A stretch of DNA of 60,550 bases, the filler included. It is 6 parts of 6 records of this genome, joined end to end, with 100 filler letters (N's around TTAATTAATTAA, not from the genome) between each part and the next. Parts side by side here need not be neighbours in the genome. Positions count along the whole stretch, not along the records: positions 47,244 to 60,550 come from DRR723986_7898; 5 more parts are not named here. One strand, 5' to 3'. The notes under the pieces were generated by a model. It worked only from the letters and a program-made list of their open reading frames with translations. It did no database searches and was not told where the DNA came from. A program made the translations under genes and the position numbers. Of the stretch, positions 58,471-60,550 are shown in pieces; the stretch's first letter is position 1; each line of letters begins with the position of its first letter.

Positions 58471-59354
58471 AAATGACCACCCAAAAGACAATCCTGATTA
58501 CCGGTGCAAGTCGGGGTATCGGGTTTCTGACAGCCCAGAAACTCGTACAGGAAGGCCATATCGTTTATGCGGGCATGCGGGACCTGGATGGCAGAAACGC
58601 GGAAGCGGCCAAGGCGCTCAAGCTTTTTGCCGAAGGTCTTCCGGGCAAGCTTGTTCCGGTCGATCTGGATGTCGCTGACGAGAAAGGTGTCGAACGGACC
58701 GTCGCGGCGATCGAGACAGAACAGCCGATCGATGTTCTGGTCAATAACGCAGGCGTCATGCCTGTTGGTTTGACGGAAGGCTTCACCATGGAGCAGGCAA
58801 AGGATCTGTTCGACGTCAATGTTTATGGTGTCATGCATCTGACGCGGGCGGTGCTTCCCGCGATGCGGGCGCGGAAGTCCGGTCTCGTGATCAGTCTCAG
58901 TTCGGTTGCAGGCCGGTTCGGTATGCCATTCTTCGGCCTTTACTGCGCCAGCAAGTGGGCGATGGAAGCTTACTGCGAGTCGTTGCATTACGAGCTGGAG
59001 CCGTTCGGGGTCGAGTTCGTTCTGGTTGAGCCGAGTGGCCATGGCACTGATCTGGTGACCTCCGCCCCGGCTCCGGGTGATGCGGTGCGGGTTGGGCAAT
59101 ATGGCGATTATTCCAAGGGGCGCGACAGGTTGCTTGGCATGTTCCAGGGCATGTTCGATCAGGGTGAAGCCATCACCGATGCGGGCAACGTCGCAACCAA
59201 GATCCTTGAGCTGATCGCAATGGATGGATCGCGGCCTATCCGCACCCAGGTCGGGCAGGATATGGGTGTCACCGCCATCAACGAGGCAACCGCACCGATC
59301 CAGGCGCAGCTGGTGAGCGGATTGAAGCCGGTCTATCTGGGAGCAGCATCGTGA
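58467..59354 (+). CDS. Short-chain dehydrogenase/reductase
   Basis: TGASRGIG, NNAG, YCASK. Confidence 0.95.
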   Translation: MKMTTQKTILITGASRGIGFLTAQKLVQEGHIVYAGMRDLDGRNAEAAKALKLFAEGLPGKLVPVDLDVADEKGVERTVAAIETEQPIDVLVNNAGVMPVGLTEGFTMEQAKDLFDVNVYGVMHLTRAVLPAMRARKSGLVISLSSVAGRFGMPFFGLYCASKWAMEAYCESLHYELEPFGVEFVLVEPSGHGTDLVTSAPAPGDAVRVGQYGDYSKGRDRLLGMFQGMFDQGEAITDAGNVATKILELIAMDGSRPIRTQVGQDMGVTAINEATAPIQAQLVSGLKPVYLGAAS

Positions 59355-60040
59355 GCGGCAATGCCCTGATCGTCGGTGCCGGGCCGGGCCTCAGCGCGTC
59401 TCTGGCACGGACGTTCGCCAAGGAAGGCTACAGGGTGTCGCTCGCTGCCAGATCTCCTGGAAAGCTGGAAGGGCTTTGCGCTGAAACCGGAGCAAAAGCC
59501 CATGCCTGCAATGCTGCCGACGCGGCCAGTGTGGCGCGCCTGTTCCAGGACCTGGACGATGCGGGGGCAACGCCGGACCTTGTCGTCTACAACGCCAGTG
59601 GCCGCGTCCGCGGACCGGTTGCCGAACTCGATCTTGAGGACGCGCATGCCGCACTGGATGTGACCGCGTTCGGTGCGCTGGCCGTTGCACATGAAGCGGC
59701 AAAGCGGATGGTGCCAAAGGGGAAGGGCGTGATGCTGTTCACCGGTGCTTCCGCCGGCATCAAGGGCTTCCCGCAATCAGCGCCCTTTGCCATGGGCAAG
59801 TTCGCCTTGCGTGGCTTGTGCCAGTCACTTGCCCGGGAATTGTCGCCGCAAAACATCCACGTGGTTCATTTCGTCATCGACGGGGTGATCTACAATCCGG
59901 ATCGTGGTGCGCCTTATGACGACCCGGACAAGACCCTTCATCCGGATGCAATCGCACGGACGTATCTGGAGATCTCGCGTCAGGACAAAAGCGCCTGGAC
60001 ATCCGAGTTGGAACTGCGGCCGAGTGTCGAGAAATTCTGA
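59351..60040 (+). CDS. Short-chain dehydrogenase/reductase (atypical FxxxK)
   Basis: IVGAGPGLS, YNAS, FTGASA, FAMGK. Confidence 0.9.
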   Translation: MSGNALIVGAGPGLSASLARTFAKEGYRVSLAARSPGKLEGLCAETGAKAHACNAADAASVARLFQDLDDAGATPDLVVYNASGRVRGPVAELDLEDAHAALDVTAFGALAVAHEAAKRMVPKGKGVMLFTGASAGIKGFPQSAPFAMGKFALRGLCQSLARELSPQNIHVVHFVIDGVIYNPDRGAPYDDPDKTLHPDAIARTYLEISRQDKSAWTSELELRPSVEKF

Positions 60041-60052
60041 TCCGGTAAATCG

Positions 60053-60089
60053 AAAGCCCCGGCGCGGCGGATGCCGTGCCGGGGCTTCG
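60053..60089. terminator. Hairpin between convergent SDR and metK genes
   Basis: AAGCCCCGGC...GCCGGGGCTT. Confidence 0.75.
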
Positions 60090-60097
60090 CTGTTTTC

Positions 60098-60550
60098 TTA
60101 CTCTGCCGCATCCGCACGGGCGCCGAAGTGCCGTGCAAGTTCGTCGGCGAGATCGGTTCTCTCCCAGCCGAAACCGCCGTCTTCTTCCGGTGCGCGGCCG
60201 AAGTGGCCGTAAGCAGCAGTGCGCGCGTAGATCGGCTTCGAAAGTCCGAGACGCTCGCGAATTCCCCGCGGTGTCAGACGTACCATTTCGCGCAAGGTCT
60301 TGCCGAGAGCGACTTCATCCACCTTGCCGGTTCCCTGTGTGTCGACATAAACGGCGACCGGCTCCGGCATGCCGATGGCATAGGCGAGCTGGATCAGGCA
60401 TTTGTCGGCAAGGCCGGCAGCGACCACGTTCTTGGCGAGATAGCGCGAGGCATAGGCAGCCGACCGGTCGACCTTGGTCGGGTCCTTGCCGGAAAAGGCG
60501 CCGCCACCATGAGGAGCTGCACCGCCGTAGGTGTCGACGATGATCTTGCG
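60098..60550 (-). CDS. metK: S-adenosylmethionine synthetase C-terminus (5' partial)
   Basis: [40 protein letters not shown]. Confidence 0.97.
   Translation of the reverse strand, partial: RKIIVDTYGGAAPHGGGAFSGKDPTKVDRSAAYASRYLAKNVVAAGLADKCLIQLAYAIGMPEPVAVYVDTQGTGKVDEVALGKTLREMVRLTPRGIRERLGLSKPIYARTAAYGHFGRAPEEDGGFGWERTDLADELARHFGARADAAE

Noticed and set aside
1-60550. CRISPR arrays, integrases, transposases, rRNA
   Set aside because: None were recognised by eye or in the ORF track.

Overview
This window is not one locus. It holds six unrelated alphaproteobacterial contigs joined by artificial 100-nt N/TTAATTAATTAA linkers (5970-6069, 14300-14399, 20695-20794, 31353-31452, 47144-47243). Contig 1 (very GC-rich, Rhodobacteraceae-like) carries a BapA-type adhesin start, a hybrid histidine kinase/NarL response regulator pair, a glycosyltransferase and an Omp85 paralog. 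Contigs 2-4 (Roseobacter-group-like) are mostly housekeeping (rsh, rpoZ, folK, ispH, rnhA, pyrG, rlmJ, amino-acid ABC transporter, tatD). They also carry small inserts: pecS/pecM plus a LuxR solo, an SdpAB-like HTTM pair and a stand-alone CNF1/BLF1-like deamidase. Contigs 5-6 (Roseibium/Labrenzia-like; all taxonomy is inferred) carry mtnA-regulator-aldolase, ecm/ccr, xth, rpoD, an orphan PAAR effector cassette and metK. The most interesting feature is a minus-strand unit at about 56830-54390. It runs: a candidate LexA box, two abutting degenerate tRNA-like RNAs, a run of isolated hairpins that mimic tRNA anticodon stem-loops (Trp, Asp, Ala), an SPFH/band-7 (slipin) gene, a second hairpin cluster, and the RNA 2'-phosphotransferase kptA/tpt1. 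It has no local RtcB, RtcA or Ro60 gene. All protein calls come from motif recognition by eye; no searches were run.
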